64,000 nt of DNA from Pseudomonadota bacterium (GTDB lineage Bacteria > Pseudomonadota > Gammaproteobacteria > Ga0077536), in the NCBI GenBank assembly GCA_036339995.1, contig JAYYZW010000049.1:7927-71926 (forward strand), given 5' to 3'. The translations under genes and the position numbers were made by a program. Positions 43,661 through 55,064 of this stretch are shown one piece after another (the first letter of the stretch is position 1; every line of letters begins with the position of its first letter). The notes under the pieces are model-generated. The model worked only from the letters and a program-made list of their open reading frames with translations, did no database searches and was not told where the DNA came from.

Positions 43661-44932
43661 TCAGCCCGGTTCAAAGGTCGCGGCGAGTTTGCGCGACACC
43701 GCTTGGTTCTTGAGAGTGACGTAGCGCGGCAGGCCGTCATGGTAGGGCGGATAGTCTTCGCCCACGATGAGCGGCGCGAGGTAACGTCGGCACGGCTCGG
43801 TGATTCCGTAACCGTCCTCTGTAATGAATTCCGCTGGCATTTTTTTCTCGACGTTGGCTACCGCCGAGAGCGGGACCTTGCCGATCTCCCATCGATAAGG
43901 CTCATCGGACAATCTGACGATCGTCAGCATAACGGCGTTCTCACCGGCGAGCGACATATCGACCGCCGCGTGACCGAGCGCGTAAGCTTGCTCGACGTCG
44001 GTCCCGGAAGCGATATGCCTCGCGGCACGCTGTAGGTAGTCGGCGACCGCCCAGTGAAACTTGTAACCGAGCGCGTCTTTGATCAGCTGCGCAATCACGG
44101 GCGCCACGCCGCCGAGTTGCGCATGTCCGAAAGCATCTCGCGTCCCCGCTTCGGCCACGAATCGACCCTCGGCATTCTTCAGCCCTTCGGATACGACGAT
44201 GGCACAATAACCGTAAGCCTTGACGCATTCGTCGACCCGCCGGATGAAACATGACTCGTCGAAGCTTACTTCGGGGAACAAGATGAGGTGCGGTGCTTCG
44301 CCTGGCGCTGTACTGGCAAGACCACCGGCCGCCGCGATCCAGCCGGCGTGTCGGCCCATGACCTCCAGGACGAAAACCTTGGTAGAGGTCTTTGCCATGG
44401 AGGCGACGTCAAAGCCGGCTTCGCGTATCGAAACGGCGACGTATTTCGCTACCGAGCCGAAACCCGGGCAGGTGTCCGTGGCGGGTAGATCGTTGTCGAC
44501 GGTCTTGGGGATGCCGATGCAGATCAGCGGATAGCCGGCTTCACGACTGAACTCGGCCACTTTGTTGCACGTATCTTGCGAATCACCGCCGCCGTTGTAG
44601 AAGAAATAACCAATATCATGCGCTTCGAACACCTGCAGGAGGCGATCGTATTCGGCGCGATGCCCGTCGATGCCCTTGAGCTTGTAGCGGCACGAACCGA
44701 ACGCGCCCGAGGGCGTATGGCACAGCGCGGCGATGTCGGCATCTGATTCGGCCGAGGTATCGATGAGATCTTCGGTGAGGGCTCCGATTATGCCGTTACG
44801 ACCGGCGTAGACCTTGCTGATGCGCTCGGGGTGTTTACGTGCTGCCTCGATCAAGCCGCAGGCCGAAGCGTTAATGACCGCGGTGACCCCGCCCGACTGG
44901 GCGTAAAACGCGTTTCGTCTCTCCACAGTCAT
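43661..44932 (-). CDS. pfp: Pyrophosphate-dependent 6-phosphofructokinase (PPi-PFK)
   Basis: 423 aa of the PFK-A family. The N-terminus is NAFYAQSGGVTAVINASACGL and the catalytic region is …GGDGSQ…/MGRHAGW. It sits directly upstream of hppA on the same strand. Confidence 0.8.
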   Translation of the reverse strand: MTVERRNAFYAQSGGVTAVINASACGLIEAARKHPERISKVYAGRNGIIGALTEDLIDTSAESDADIAALCHTPSGAFGSCRYKLKGIDGHRAEYDRLLQVFEAHDIGYFFYNGGGDSQDTCNKVAEFSREAGYPLICIGIPKTVDNDLPATDTCPGFGSVAKYVAVSIREAGFDVASMAKTSTKVFVLEVMGRHAGWIAAAGGLASTAPGEAPHLILFPEVSFDESCFIRRVDECVKAYGYCAIVVSEGLKNAEGRFVAEAGTRDAFGHAQLGGVAPVIAQLIKDALGYKFHWAVADYLQRAARHIASGTDVEQAYALGHAAVDMSLAGENAVMLTIVRLSDEPYRWEIGKVPLSAVANVEKKMPAEFITEDGYGITEPCRRYLAPLIVGEDYPPYHDGLPRYVTLKNQAVSRKLAATFEPG

Positions 44933-45235
44933 TTCACAGTTTCAGGCAAAAATAAGCGCTCTATGGGTTTAGCGGCTTCGTTTTTCAAAAAGCTCGGCGT
45001 GTTCAAGCGATTTAATTCAAGGCGATCCTGATTATGTCAGAGTTTCTGGCACCGCATGGAAATCGTCGGGGCAAGGCCTCGACCAAAGTCGTCAACGCTG
45101 TCGGGTGCCGTCCGGCTCGCCCGGCGAGCCGCGATTTAGGCCGCGAAGTTCTGCCTTGAATACCGTAAGGGCGTGGCTTCGGCAAGACCGGTCCTGTGTT
45201 ACTGTGTAAGCAATGCAAATGAGCGCAACGGCATC

Positions 45236-46702
45236 ATGAAAATCGGATTCGGTCGCATCTTCATTGCGGCCGTAGGCCTCATCTTCGCGCTGTCCGCAGC
45301 GGCGCAGGAATTGATTGAACTGCCCGATTTCGGCGACTCGGCGGGTGCGATTATTTCACCTGAACAGGAAAAGAGAATAGGCGAGGATTTCATGCGTCAG
45401 ATTCGCCGATTCGCGCCTCTCATGACCGATGAAGAAGTCGAGGATTACATCCAGGAACTCGGCGAGAGCATGAGCAAACTGACCGATTATTATGGCGATT
45501 TCACCTTTCTCGTCATCGATAGCCCCGCGATCAACGCTTTCGCAGTACCCGGAGGCCTCGTAGCGTTTTATTCAGGCCTGATCCTCGAAACGCAAAGCGA
45601 GGCGGAACTCGCGTCTGTCATTGCACACGAAATATCCCACGTCACGCAACGTCACGCCGCGCGCATGATCGAGGAAGCATCGCAGATGAACATCCCCATG
45701 ATCGCGGCCATGATAGGCGCGATAGCTCTGGCGGCAGTAAATCCCGAAGCCGGCTCAGCGGCCTTGATCGCGACGCAGGCAGCGGCGCAGCAGCACCAGT
45801 TAAATTTCACCCGCGCGAACGAAAAAGAGGCGGACAATATCGGGATCAGGCTCATGAGCCAGGCCGGATACGATTCCCAGAAAATGGCGGTGTTCTTCGA
45901 ACGCATGCAGCGCGCGAGCCGCTACACGGATCCGAAACAGATTCCGGAATACCTGCGGTCGCATCCGATCACGGTCAATCGCATCGCTGAAGCCAGAAGT
46001 CGAGCCGAGCGCGTCAAGCCCGCGGTCATACGCGAAGACAGCTATAAGTATTACCTCGTCAAGACCAAGCTCCAGGTGGGCTCCGCGCGCGACCCGGTCC
46101 AAGCCCGCCATTTCTTTCAAGCAAAGCTACGAAATGGCGAGTATCGCTATGAAGAGGTCGCGCGCTACGGTTACGCACTGGCGCTGATTGAGACCGGCGA
46201 ATTCGAGAAAGCCCGCATCGAACTCCTGAAACTCATGGCGGACTATCCCACCTTGGTACCGTTTCGTATTGCGGCGAGCCAACTCGAACAGAAAGCGAAC
46301 GATTTCGATGCGTCGCTGCTGCATTACAAGAAGGCATACGAACTCGAACCCGACAACCGGGCCTCAATCTACGGTTACGTCAACGCCTTGATCCTGGTGG
46401 ACCGGCCCGACCAAGCTAAGGCCCTGTTGAGCGAATACGGGCTAGCAGACCGGCGCGACCCGAAATTCTATAAATACCTCGCGGAGGCCGAGACAAAACT
46501 TGGCGAGAAGGCCAACTCACATCATTCGCTGGCCGAATACTATCTGAGCGTGGGAGAGTTTCCGCACGCTGCCGAGCAGTTGCGCATTGCACGGGCGACG
46601 CCCGGGCTGACGAATTACCAGCGCCAGAAGATCGTCGCGCGCCTCGAAGAAGTCCAAGACACCATTCAGAAAATTGAAAAAGACAGCCGCGGCCGCCGCT
46701 AG
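45236..46702 (+). CDS. bepA: Periplasmic M48 metalloprotease with TPR domain (BepA/YfgC-like)
   Basis: Signal peptide MKIGFGRIFIAAVGLIFALSAAAQ. The HEISHVTQRH motif is the HExxH zinc site. TPR-like repeats are present in the C-terminus. Confidence 0.8.
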   Translation: MKIGFGRIFIAAVGLIFALSAAAQELIELPDFGDSAGAIISPEQEKRIGEDFMRQIRRFAPLMTDEEVEDYIQELGESMSKLTDYYGDFTFLVIDSPAINAFAVPGGLVAFYSGLILETQSEAELASVIAHEISHVTQRHAARMIEEASQMNIPMIAAMIGAIALAAVNPEAGSAALIATQAAAQQHQLNFTRANEKEADNIGIRLMSQAGYDSQKMAVFFERMQRASRYTDPKQIPEYLRSHPITVNRIAEARSRAERVKPAVIREDSYKYYLVKTKLQVGSARDPVQARHFFQAKLRNGEYRYEEVARYGYALALIETGEFEKARIELLKLMADYPTLVPFRIAASQLEQKANDFDASLLHYKKAYELEPDNRASIYGYVNALILVDRPDQAKALLSEYGLADRRDPKFYKYLAEAETKLGEKANSHHSLAEYYLSVGEFPHAAEQLRIARATPGLTNYQRQKIVARLEEVQDTIQKIEKDSRGRR

Positions 46703-47239
46703 ATCGATTCACGCACCGTGGCCCGTTGTACGAGTGTTCGGAAATGGAGGCCCGCGATCCCGGAGTGCCGCGGAATTCTACGGAACTAGCCGCCGCCGCG
46801 ATCGCGCCACGCTATCGGTATCTGAATCCGGAAACATGTTACCGGCACGCGGCGGCTGCTGCGCGAGCGGATGCTCATGCCGCCGCTCGGCGGCGTTCAA
46901 TCATTACCCGCCTATTGGCCGTGCCGGGGCAGCCTGGGTACCCTGCACCGGCGTTTCGGCGGGTGTAGGGAACTGGTAGCTGCGGAACCCTACGCGGCGC
47001 AAAGCCACAGACTGCGGGCACTTGAGTATTTTCTGGCCGTGATGAGGGCCGGTCGTCCCATCACCGGGCCGAGCACACCGCGCTGACGATCGCCATCTTC
47101 CGACCATTAAATTGTGTTAAATCTGCGTTCACCGTGGAGCATTTAACAGTTTTCCCCCCTATCTTCGATATATTGGCGTCCAACGTATAACAGCCGTCCA
47201 AGAAGAATCTCAAAAAGGCCTTGATCACGGACTAATAAA

Positions 47240-47542
47240 TTGAAGAATCGGAGCTGGATCTGCTATTCACTCGACTACCTCGGCGCGATCGCACTCCTAG
47301 GCGCCGGCTTCGCGTTGATCGGCGCACTTTGGTTTGCGGCCTCCGTACCTGAGCCGCTTCTGTTGGTCGCGTTTAAATACTGCCTGATTGGCGCCGCCAG
47401 CGCCTTCATCATGGCGCGGCTTTACGAAATCACCGATGTGATGCGCAGTTCGGGCTCTGCGCGGGCGGATGATTTACCCGCCCCTGACACGCAAAACGTC
47501 GAGCATTTGCCGCAACCGGAACGCTTCTCTCGCGCCGCTTGA
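47240..47542 (+). CDS. Hypothetical small membrane protein (2 predicted TM helices)
   Basis: 100 aa with hydrophobic segments LDYLGAIALLGAGFALIGALWF and LVAFKYCLIGAASAFIMA. It has no recognisable family and is an ORF-only call. Confidence 0.3.
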   Translation: MKNRSWICYSLDYLGAIALLGAGFALIGALWFAASVPEPLLLVAFKYCLIGAASAFIMARLYEITDVMRSSGSARADDLPAPDTQNVEHLPQPERFSRAA

Positions 47543-47766
47543 TCGCCTGATCGCCCGAATCCGCACTTCGCGCGCCACCTAACGCGGCGGCGGTGCACAC
47601 CTGTCTATATTGATCGCTTTGGTTATTATGAGCCGTTCTGCGGTCCCGCGGCGGCGGTCGATCTGGCGAATCAACAATTTTCCATACCCCGAAGATTCCG
47701 CCCGGCGACGTTATCGAACTCGACAGCCGTCCGTCGCGCAACAGCTGGACTATACAAGGTGGGCGT

Positions 47767-48792
47767 ATGCGATTCGGTTTAATGTACAGTTTCATTACCC
47801 CGCGCGACGGCTCGATGACGCACCTGGAAACCTTTCGGGAACTCGAACGCCTGCTGCCGCTCGCCGAATCGCTCGGATTCGACTCTTTCCAAACGACCGA
47901 GCATCACTTTCAGGACAATGGCTGGGCGCCGAGCCCTTTGATCGTCCTAGCGCAAGCTGCGGGCCTTACCCGGCGCATGCGCCTGGTCAGCAACATACTC
48001 ATTTTGCCGCTCTATGATCCGCTACGGCTGGTCGAGGACGTGATCACCCTCGATAATCTGTCGAACGGGCGTTTGACGCTTGGCGTGTCACCGGGATACG
48101 TGTCGGAGGAGTTCACGGCCTACGAGGTGCCGCATGACGAGCGATTCGCCCGCGCCGAAGAAATCCTCGACATCCTCGAAGCATCTTGGGCCAACGAAAT
48201 CGTAGAATACCGCGGTCGTTTCTACACGATGCCGCCGACGCGCGTTGTACCGCGCCCGGTGCAGAATCCGATCCCCCTCTGGTACGGCGTTTCCGGCCCC
48301 AAGCTGCTCAAGCGCGCGGCGCGGCGCAAATGTCCCGTCACCGCATCGCCCCGTCACACCAACGAAGAACTAAAGGCACACTATGCCCGCTACGACGCGG
48401 CCGCCGCCGAAATCGGTTTCGCGACGCGTGAACGGCCGATCATCCGCGAACTCTTCGTGGCCCCGAGCTTGACAGAGGCAGAAGACCTGGCCGGTCCCGC
48501 CATCGAGGAGTTGTTCGGACTCTATGGCCGTAAATCGGGCGAAGGGGAGCGAGAGTTGCGCAACGATCAGGGCGAGATCGTGAGATCTGAAAACGAAGTC
48601 GACTTCCGCAGTTTCGCGTCCCGCTACATCATCGGCGATCCGGCCATGGTGACCGCAAGCATCCGTCAGCTTCGAGACGAGCTCGCGCCGACGGAGGTCA
48701 TATGCCGCATGCAGCTACCGGGGATCCCGACCTCGATGTTCGAGCGCTCCTTGCGCTTGTTTGGCGAGCAGGTGATCCCGGCTTTTCGTTGA
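47767..48792 (+). CDS. LLM-class (luciferase-like) flavin-dependent oxidoreductase
   Basis: 341 aa. The translation MRFGLMYSF…SFQTTEHHFQDNGWAPSPLIVLAQAAGLTRRMRLVSNILILPLYDPLRLVEDVITLDNLSNGRLTLGVSPGY matches the LLM family. Confidence 0.8.
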   Translation: MRFGLMYSFITPRDGSMTHLETFRELERLLPLAESLGFDSFQTTEHHFQDNGWAPSPLIVLAQAAGLTRRMRLVSNILILPLYDPLRLVEDVITLDNLSNGRLTLGVSPGYVSEEFTAYEVPHDERFARAEEILDILEASWANEIVEYRGRFYTMPPTRVVPRPVQNPIPLWYGVSGPKLLKRAARRKCPVTASPRHTNEELKAHYARYDAAAAEIGFATRERPIIRELFVAPSLTEAEDLAGPAIEELFGLYGRKSGEGERELRNDQGEIVRSENEVDFRSFASRYIIGDPAMVTASIRQLRDELAPTEVICRMQLPGIPTSMFERSLRLFGEQVIPAFR

Positions 48793-49012
48793 TACCGGCT
48801 TTATCGCAAGCCAGGATCTCCTCCCCACTGAAGTAGCCTCGATCAGTCACGACCGTGAGCTTCTCCTTACCCAGCGCCGCCTTGGCCTGAGCAGCCATGT
48901 TCGCCGACTGCCAACCAAGGGTAGGATTTTTGTGTTTATCGAAGCGAGTCAGGAAGTCTGCGCAGGTATGTGTCGTGAAATTGGTTTTAACGCATGAAAT
49001 TGTATATGCCAC
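48787..49012 (-). mobile_element. DDE transposase remnant (IS4/IS5-type …LTVVTDRGYFSGEEILACDKAGI… segment only)
   Basis: This short ORF fragment lies next to the tRNA-Lys 3' end. It contains the DRGY(D/F)S…(G/A)I motif typical of the C-terminal DDE region of IS4/IS5/IS1182-like transposases. No intact transposase or terminal repeats are seen. Confidence 0.4.
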
Positions 49013-49071
49013 TAAATAACAATGGCGGCTAACGGACTCACGTGGAAAATACGATAAGTTATTGAATTAGT

Positions 49072-49147
49072 TGGTGGGCCGTGTAGGAATCGAACCTACG
49101 ACCATCGGATTAAAAGTCCGGTGCTCTACCAACTGAGCTAACGGCCC
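49072..49147 (-). tRNA. tRNA-Lys (anticodon UUU)
   Basis: The minus-strand sequence is GGGCCGTTAGCTCAGTTGGTAGAGCACCGGACTTTTAATCCGATGGTCGTAGGTTCGATTCCTACACGGCCCACCA. It has a perfect 7-bp acceptor stem, D-arm GCTC/GAGC, anticodon loop CTTTTAA, T-arm GTAGG-TTCGATT-CCTAC and an encoded CCA. Confidence 0.9.
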
Positions 49148-49479
49148 TGAAATAATGCGGTAGCGGCCCTTGATGGCGCGAAGTTCGGGACTTTGATAGG
49201 GCCCCGGCCGGTCGTTCGCGCCGGCCCGAGCAGGGCTTGGACTTGGCCTCTTACGCCGACCGCCGCTCAGCCACGCCGATTCGGGCCGCGATCCTAACGA
49301 ATCCTTCCTACCAAGTACACGGCGCTCGAATTGTCGACCGCCAGGATACCGGGTAGTTTGACAAGAGCGCCGTAGATGCCGGGATTCAGCTCTGCGAGCG
49401 CACCCTGATCGAGTGAATTACTTGATATTTGAATATATATCTCCATGATCTCTCGCTCTCCGGATTCAGAGAACCCTTG

Positions 49480-49812
49480 ATGCCGATTTATGAATACCAG
49501 TGTCAGGAATGCGGCCACAAGCTCGAAGCCATGCAGCGGATCACCGAAGATCCGCTCAAGACCTGCCCATCGTGCTCCAAAGACCGTCTAAAAAAGTTGA
49601 TGTCGAAAGTTGCATTCCAGCTCAAGGGGACGGGCTGGTACGAAACCGATTTCAAGAACAAGGGAAAACCCGAGGCCAAAAAGGAAGGCGGCGCCGATAA
49701 AGAGGGCGCCAAGGAATCCAAGAGCGAAACGAAGAAAGACGCGTCTCCGGATACCAAAAAATCTGATGGCGACGCGTTGGGCAAGGCCTCCAGCTCGACG
49801 GCGGGTGACTGA
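49480..49812 (+). CDS. FmdB-family zinc-ribbon protein with Lys/Glu-rich tail
   Basis: The translation starts [42 protein letters not shown]. The zinc ribbon is CxxC…CxxC. It sits immediately upstream of aspS, a conserved pairing. Confidence 0.7.
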   Translation: MPIYEYQCQECGHKLEAMQRITEDPLKTCPSCSKDRLKKLMSKVAFQLKGTGWYETDFKNKGKPEAKKEGGADKEGAKESKSETKKDASPDTKKSDGDALGKASSSTAGD

Positions 49813-49952
49813 GCACCGGCTTATTTGGCGAAAGCGCGCCGGTATCCACTCCTTTTACCCAAAGCGCGGGTTTCCCGCCCGATTGCGGGCCTTCGCGGCA
49901 GTCCGTATCATGCCGCCCTTCCCGCGTCAGCGGCGGTCCTGACCCGATTTCG

Positions 49953-51731
49953 ATGAGAACTCATTATTGCGGTGAACTCGACGAGCACCTGGTCGATCAG
50001 GGGCTGACGTTGTGCGGATGGGTCCATCGCCGGCGGGACCACGGCGGCGTCATCTTCATCGATCTGCGCGACCGGGAAGGCGTTGCTCAAATCGTGATTG
50101 ACCCCGATACCCCGGAGAGTTTCGCGATCGCCGAGCAGGTCCGAGGTGAGTTCGTACTCAGGGCGACGGGGCGGGTTCGTTTTCGTCCGGAGGGCACGGA
50201 AAATCCCGAGATGGCGACCGGCAAGGTCGAAGTATTGATCAAGGATCTCGAAATCCTCAACGAATCGCGTACGCCGCCCTTTCAGTTGGACGACCGGCAA
50301 GTCCACGACGATACGCGCCTCAAGTACCGGTACATCGACTTGAGAACGGACCGCATGCGAGAGAATCTGCGCTTGCGCGCAAGGGTCGCGCGCGAGCTTC
50401 GCCGTTTTCTCGACGACGCTGGATTTCTCGAGATCGAAACGCCGATGCTGACCAAGGCGACTCCGGAAGGCGCCCGGGATTACCTCGTCCCCAGCCGTAC
50501 GCACCAGGGGCGTTTCTTTGCGCTCCCCCAGTCGCCGCAGCTGTTCAAGCAATTACTGATGATGTCCGGCATGGATCGTTACTATCAGATCGTGCGCTGT
50601 TTCCGCGATGAGGATCTGCGTGCCGACCGGCAACCGGAATTCACCCAACTCGACGTCGAGATGTCCTTCGTCGACGAAACCGTGATCACGAAACTCATGG
50701 AAGCATTGATCCGGGCTTTGTTCAAAAACGTTGCGGATATTGACCTACCCATGCCTTTTCCCCGGCTTAGCTTCGCCGAGGCGTTGCTGCGTTTCGGAAC
50801 CGATCGACCGGACCTTCGTAATCCCCTCGAACTCGTCGAGGTAGGCGATCTCATGGAAGACGTTGAGTTCAAGGTATTTGCCTCCCCGGCGCGGGACACC
50901 CAAGGCCGTGTCGCGGCGCTGCGCGCCCCCGGCGGCGGTAAGCTGACGCGCAAACAAATCGACGGCTACACCGAATTCATCAGTATCTACGGCGCCAAGG
51001 GCCTCGCTTACATCAAAATCAACGAACGTGCCGCGGGCAAAGACGGATTGCAGTCGCCGATCTTAAAATTTCTGCCGGATGAAGTCGTCGCGGACATTCT
51101 CTCCCGTACGGAGGCCGAGGACGGGGATCTCGTATTCTTCGGTGCGGACAAAGCACGCGTGGTCAATGACGCGCTCGCAGCACTGCGCGACAAGCTAGCA
51201 GAAGATCTAGGCCTCATAAAAGACGGATGGGCGCCGTTGTGGGTTACGGATTTTCCGATGTTCGCTTGGAATGGAGAGGAATCGCGCTGGGATCCCTTGC
51301 ACCACCCGTTTACCGCTCCGGCCGCGCCCGAAACGTTCCGGCAGGCGCCGGGGGAAGCTCTTTCGCGTGCGTACGACATGGTGCTCAACGGCTCGGAGAT
51401 CGGCGGCGGTTCGATCCGTATCCATCACCGAGAAACCCAGCGCGAGATCTTCCAATTACTCGGCCTGGGCGGGGCGGAAGCGGAAGAGAAATTCGGTTTT
51501 CTGCTCGAAGCCCTGCAATACGGCTGTCCGCCGCACGGCGGGATCGCATTCGGACTCGACCGCCTCGTCATGCTCCTGGCAGGAGAACGCTCGATTCGCG
51601 ATGTCATTGCGTTTCCGAAGACGCAAACGGCGAACTGCCCGTTGACTTCAGCGCCGAGTGAAGTAAGTGAGCGCCAACTACGAGAGCTATCCATCAGGCT
51701 GAGAAAAACCACATCCGCCAAACCGGATTGA
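49953..51731 (+). CDS. aspS: Aspartate-tRNA ligase
   Basis: 592 aa. The N-terminus [43 protein letters not shown] and the class II aaRS motifs (…[18 protein letters not shown]…) are present. Confidence 0.95.
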   Translation: MRTHYCGELDEHLVDQGLTLCGWVHRRRDHGGVIFIDLRDREGVAQIVIDPDTPESFAIAEQVRGEFVLRATGRVRFRPEGTENPEMATGKVEVLIKDLEILNESRTPPFQLDDRQVHDDTRLKYRYIDLRTDRMRENLRLRARVARELRRFLDDAGFLEIETPMLTKATPEGARDYLVPSRTHQGRFFALPQSPQLFKQLLMMSGMDRYYQIVRCFRDEDLRADRQPEFTQLDVEMSFVDETVITKLMEALIRALFKNVADIDLPMPFPRLSFAEALLRFGTDRPDLRNPLELVEVGDLMEDVEFKVFASPARDTQGRVAALRAPGGGKLTRKQIDGYTEFISIYGAKGLAYIKINERAAGKDGLQSPILKFLPDEVVADILSRTEAEDGDLVFFGADKARVVNDALAALRDKLAEDLGLIKDGWAPLWVTDFPMFAWNGEESRWDPLHHPFTAPAAPETFRQAPGEALSRAYDMVLNGSEIGGGSIRIHHRETQREIFQLLGLGGAEAEEKFGFLLEALQYGCPPHGGIAFGLDRLVMLLAGERSIRDVIAFPKTQTANCPLTSAPSEVSERQLRELSIRLRKTTSAKPD

Positions 51732-51956
51732 GCTGCCGGGACCGCCGTCACGGCAAAGCCCTTGTAATTGCCAGTTCAAGCGGCCATATATTAAATGTCC
51801 ATCCATAAACGTCATTATTTATTTCGCAAAGGAGCAACGACACCGAGAAAGCGATCCATATGATTTTAATAACAATCACTTATCGCTTTGCGTCTTGGCG
51901 AAAGTTAATCTGTGCAGTTGGACACTATTTAAAACTTATTTCAAAACAATTCGCGC

Positions 51957-53036
51957 ATGCGCAGTGATTCCATCGAATACCTTGGCACGAGCCCGGTCAG
52001 GCTGACGCAGGTCCCGCCCGTCATCCGGGAGCGTCTCGAAGCGGGCGAACGTGATGTCATCATCAACGAGATCAAGCGGCTGCTCGAGCTCGAAGACGCA
52101 GTGATCGTCGCACATTACTACACCGATCCTGAAATACAGGCGCTGGCGGACGATACTGGCGGCCACGTCTCCGATTCCCTCGATATGGCGCGCTTCGGCA
52201 ATCAGCATGCGGCGCACAGCTTGATCGTCGCCGGTGTTCGGTTCATGGGTGAGACCGCGAAGATCCTGAATCCGGAAAAGCGGGTTCTGATGCCCGATCT
52301 CGAGGCCAACTGTTCGCTCGACCTCGGTTGCCCCGCCGATGCCTTCGATGCCTTCTGCGAACAACACCCCGATCGCACCATTGTCGTGTACGCCAATACC
52401 AGTGCCGCGATAAAGGCGCGGGCCGACTGGATGGTTACCTCGGGCATCGCGCTCGATGTCGTGCGACATCTTGCTGCCAAGGGCGAAAAAATACTCTGGG
52501 CGCCCGACCGTTTCCTCGGCGACTACATCCGTACGCAAACGGGCGCCGATATGCTCCTGTGGAACGGGTCATGCATCGTTCACGAAGAATTCAAGGGCCA
52601 CGAACTCGAGGTCCTGCGCAGTGAACATCCGCGCGCACGTGTTCTCGTTCATCCGGAGTCACCACCCTCGGTGATTGAACAGGCCGATTACGTAGGATCG
52701 ACTTCTGGGTTGATCAACGAGGTGCGGTCGTCCACGGCGCCCGAGTTCATCGTCGCCACTGACAAGGGAATTTTCTACAAGATGCAACAGGCGGCTCCGG
52801 ATAAGCACTTGATCGATGCGCCGACCGCCGGCGTTGGGGCGACCTGCCGCAGCTGTGCAGAATGTCCGTGGATGGCGATGAATGGACTTACCAAGCTTCG
52901 CGACGTGCTGGCGAGGGGCGCGAACGAAATCACGGTGCCCGACGAAATCGCGGATCGCGCGCGTCGCCCTATAAAGCGCCTGCTGGATTTTGCAGAATCG
53001 CGAAAACGGCTGGTGTACGGCAATAACGACGCCTGA
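51957..53036 (+). CDS. nadA: Quinolinate synthase A
   Basis: 359 aa, colinear with E. coli NadA (…[11 protein letters not shown]…[11 protein letters not shown]…CSLDLGCP…[18 protein letters not shown]…). Confidence 0.92.
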   Translation: MRSDSIEYLGTSPVRLTQVPPVIRERLEAGERDVIINEIKRLLELEDAVIVAHYYTDPEIQALADDTGGHVSDSLDMARFGNQHAAHSLIVAGVRFMGETAKILNPEKRVLMPDLEANCSLDLGCPADAFDAFCEQHPDRTIVVYANTSAAIKARADWMVTSGIALDVVRHLAAKGEKILWAPDRFLGDYIRTQTGADMLLWNGSCIVHEEFKGHELEVLRSEHPRARVLVHPESPPSVIEQADYVGSTSGLINEVRSSTAPEFIVATDKGIFYKMQQAAPDKHLIDAPTAGVGATCRSCAECPWMAMNGLTKLRDVLARGANEITVPDEIADRARRPIKRLLDFAESRKRLVYGNNDA

Positions 53037-53133
53037 GATTCCGCCCCGCCGCGGCCCGACGCTGCAAGTCGCCCTCCGATTTGCGACAATAGTCCCCGGT
53101 TTATTGATCGAACTGGATACCCAAGACCCGTCT

Positions 53134-53883
53134 ATGGCTGGACACAGCAAATGGGCCAATATCCGTCATCGCAAAGGCCGCCAGGACGCCAAACGCGGCA
53201 AGCTTTTTACCCGCCTGATCCGAGAAATCACCGTCGCGGCGCGGATTGGCGGCGGCGATCCGTCAGCCAACCCGAGGCTGCGCACCGCCCTCGACAGTGC
53301 ACTCGCCAACAACATGCCCAAGGACACCATTGAGCGGGCCATTGCGCGCGGCGCCGGCGATGCCGAAGGCGAAAACTTCGAAGAGTTCCGCTACGAGGGC
53401 TATGGTCCCGGCGGTATAGCGGTGATGGTCGACTGCATGACCGATAATCGCAATCGCACTGTTGCAGAAGTGCGCCATGCTTTCACTAAGTGCGGCGGAA
53501 ATCTGGGGGCGGAGGGGTCGGTCGCGTACATGTTTCATAAGGTAGGTTTGCTGAGCTACCCGAGCGAGGCCAACGTTGATGCCATCATGGAAGCTGCGGT
53601 CGAAGCAGAAGCCGAAGACGTCGTCGTCAATGAAGATCAATCGATCGATGTGTTGACCGACGCCGACCGGTTTTCCGACGTGAAAGACGCAATGGTCGAA
53701 CGCGGTCACCCACCGCAAAGCGCGGAAGTGACCATGCGCGCGAATAACAATAACGATCTCGATAACGACGGCGCCCAGAAAATGATTCGATTACTCGACA
53801 TGCTGGAGGATCTGGACGACGTGCAGAAAGTGTATTCTAATGCTGGCATCTCCGACGAAGTTCTCGCGTCACTCGACGCCTGA
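53134..53883 (+). CDS. yebC: YebC/PmpR-family transcriptional regulator
   Basis: The translation starts [37 protein letters not shown]. It lies upstream of ruvCAB, as is typical. Confidence 0.9.
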   Translation: MAGHSKWANIRHRKGRQDAKRGKLFTRLIREITVAARIGGGDPSANPRLRTALDSALANNMPKDTIERAIARGAGDAEGENFEEFRYEGYGPGGIAVMVDCMTDNRNRTVAEVRHAFTKCGGNLGAEGSVAYMFHKVGLLSYPSEANVDAIMEAAVEAEAEDVVVNEDQSIDVLTDADRFSDVKDAMVERGHPPQSAEVTMRANNNNDLDNDGAQKMIRLLDMLEDLDDVQKVYSNAGISDEVLASLDA

Positions 53884-53901
53884 ATTCGTGCCCGCCGGCA
53901 A

Positions 53902-54405
53902 TTGACGATCATCTTAGGTATCGATCCGGGATCCAGGGTGACTGGATATGGTGTCGTGCGGACCGAACGTCACCGCGTGTCTTATCTCGCCTGTGGCTCA
54001 ATTCGTCTAGGTAACGGCGCCCTTGATGATCGATTGTCCTTATTGTTCGATGAACTCTCATCTATCATTGACCGATACGACCCCGTGGAGGCGGCCGTCG
54101 AGAAGGTATTCATGAATCGGAACGCCGATTCGGCGCTCAAACTCGGCCATGCCCGCGGCGTTGCGATCGTCGCTGCGCGTAGGGCCGGCCTTGCGATAAG
54201 CGAATATTCGGTCACCCAGATCAAGCGAACCGTCGTCGGGCGCGGGCATGCGGACAAGGCGCAGGTTCAGCATATGGTCACAGCGCTCCTCGGACTCGAC
54301 GATACGCCGAAACCGGACGCAGCCGATGCGCTCGCCGCGGCGATATGCCATGGACACATGCGGGACGGTCTTGCCCGGCTCGCGATCGCAGGGGGCCGCG
54401 CGTGA
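53902..54405 (+). CDS. ruvC: Holliday junction resolvase RuvC
   Basis: 167 aa. The N-terminus is MTIILGIDPGSRVTGYGVV. Confidence 0.92.
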   Translation: MTIILGIDPGSRVTGYGVVRTERHRVSYLACGSIRLGNGALDDRLSLLFDELSSIIDRYDPVEAAVEKVFMNRNADSALKLGHARGVAIVAARRAGLAISEYSVTQIKRTVVGRGHADKAQVQHMVTALLGLDDTPKPDAADALAAAICHGHMRDGLARLAIAGGRA

Positions 54406-54995
54406 TCGGTCGCATTTCGGGGTTGCTCATAGAGAAGCGGCCGCCGCAGATCATCATCGACTGCAACGGTGTGGGATATGAAATAGAAGCCCCGATGACG
54501 ACGATCTGGGCGCTTCCGGAAATAAACCAGCAGGTCTCTTTATATACCCACCTCGCGGTGCGCGACGACGCGCATCTGCTCTATGGATTCTCGACGGAGG
54601 GCGAACGGCGACTGTTTCGAAGCCTTCTGAAAGTCAACGGCGTCGGCACCAAGATGGCGCTGGTGATCCTTTCGGGCATGGACGCCAATGCCTTCGCCGA
54701 GTGCGTCCATGCCGGCGATGTAGTGAGACTGACCGCGCTGCCTGGCGTCGGTAAGAAGACCGCGGAGCGCCTTATCGTCGAAATGCGCGACCGCGTCGAT
54801 GACCTGAAATCGGACGACGCCCGGCAGACACCGGGGGAACCGAGCAGGGACAAGCCCGTCAACGACGCGATCAGCGGACTCATAGCGCTCGGTTACAAAC
54901 CGGCCGAAGCGAGTAAATACGTCCATGTGCTGGAAGTCGGGAACATGAAAAGCGAAGACATCATCCGCGAGGTACTGAAAAACCTGGTCGGCTAG
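54402..54995 (+). CDS. ruvA: Holliday junction DNA helicase RuvA
   Basis: GTG start at 54402 overlaps the ruvC stop (GTGA). The translation is (M)IGRISGLLIEKRPPQIIIDCNGVGYEIEAPM…, with C-terminal domain III. Confidence 0.9.
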   Translation: MIGRISGLLIEKRPPQIIIDCNGVGYEIEAPMTTIWALPEINQQVSLYTHLAVRDDAHLLYGFSTEGERRLFRSLLKVNGVGTKMALVILSGMDANAFAECVHAGDVVRLTALPGVGKKTAERLIVEMRDRVDDLKSDDARQTPGEPSRDKPVNDAISGLIALGYKPAEASKYVHVLEVGNMKSEDIIREVLKNLVG

Positions 54996-55064
54996 CAGCC
55001 CGTTCAACCCGGATTCGTGCATCGGATCCCTAAAGCGATGAGACCGCAGCACAGCAGTAAAAAC

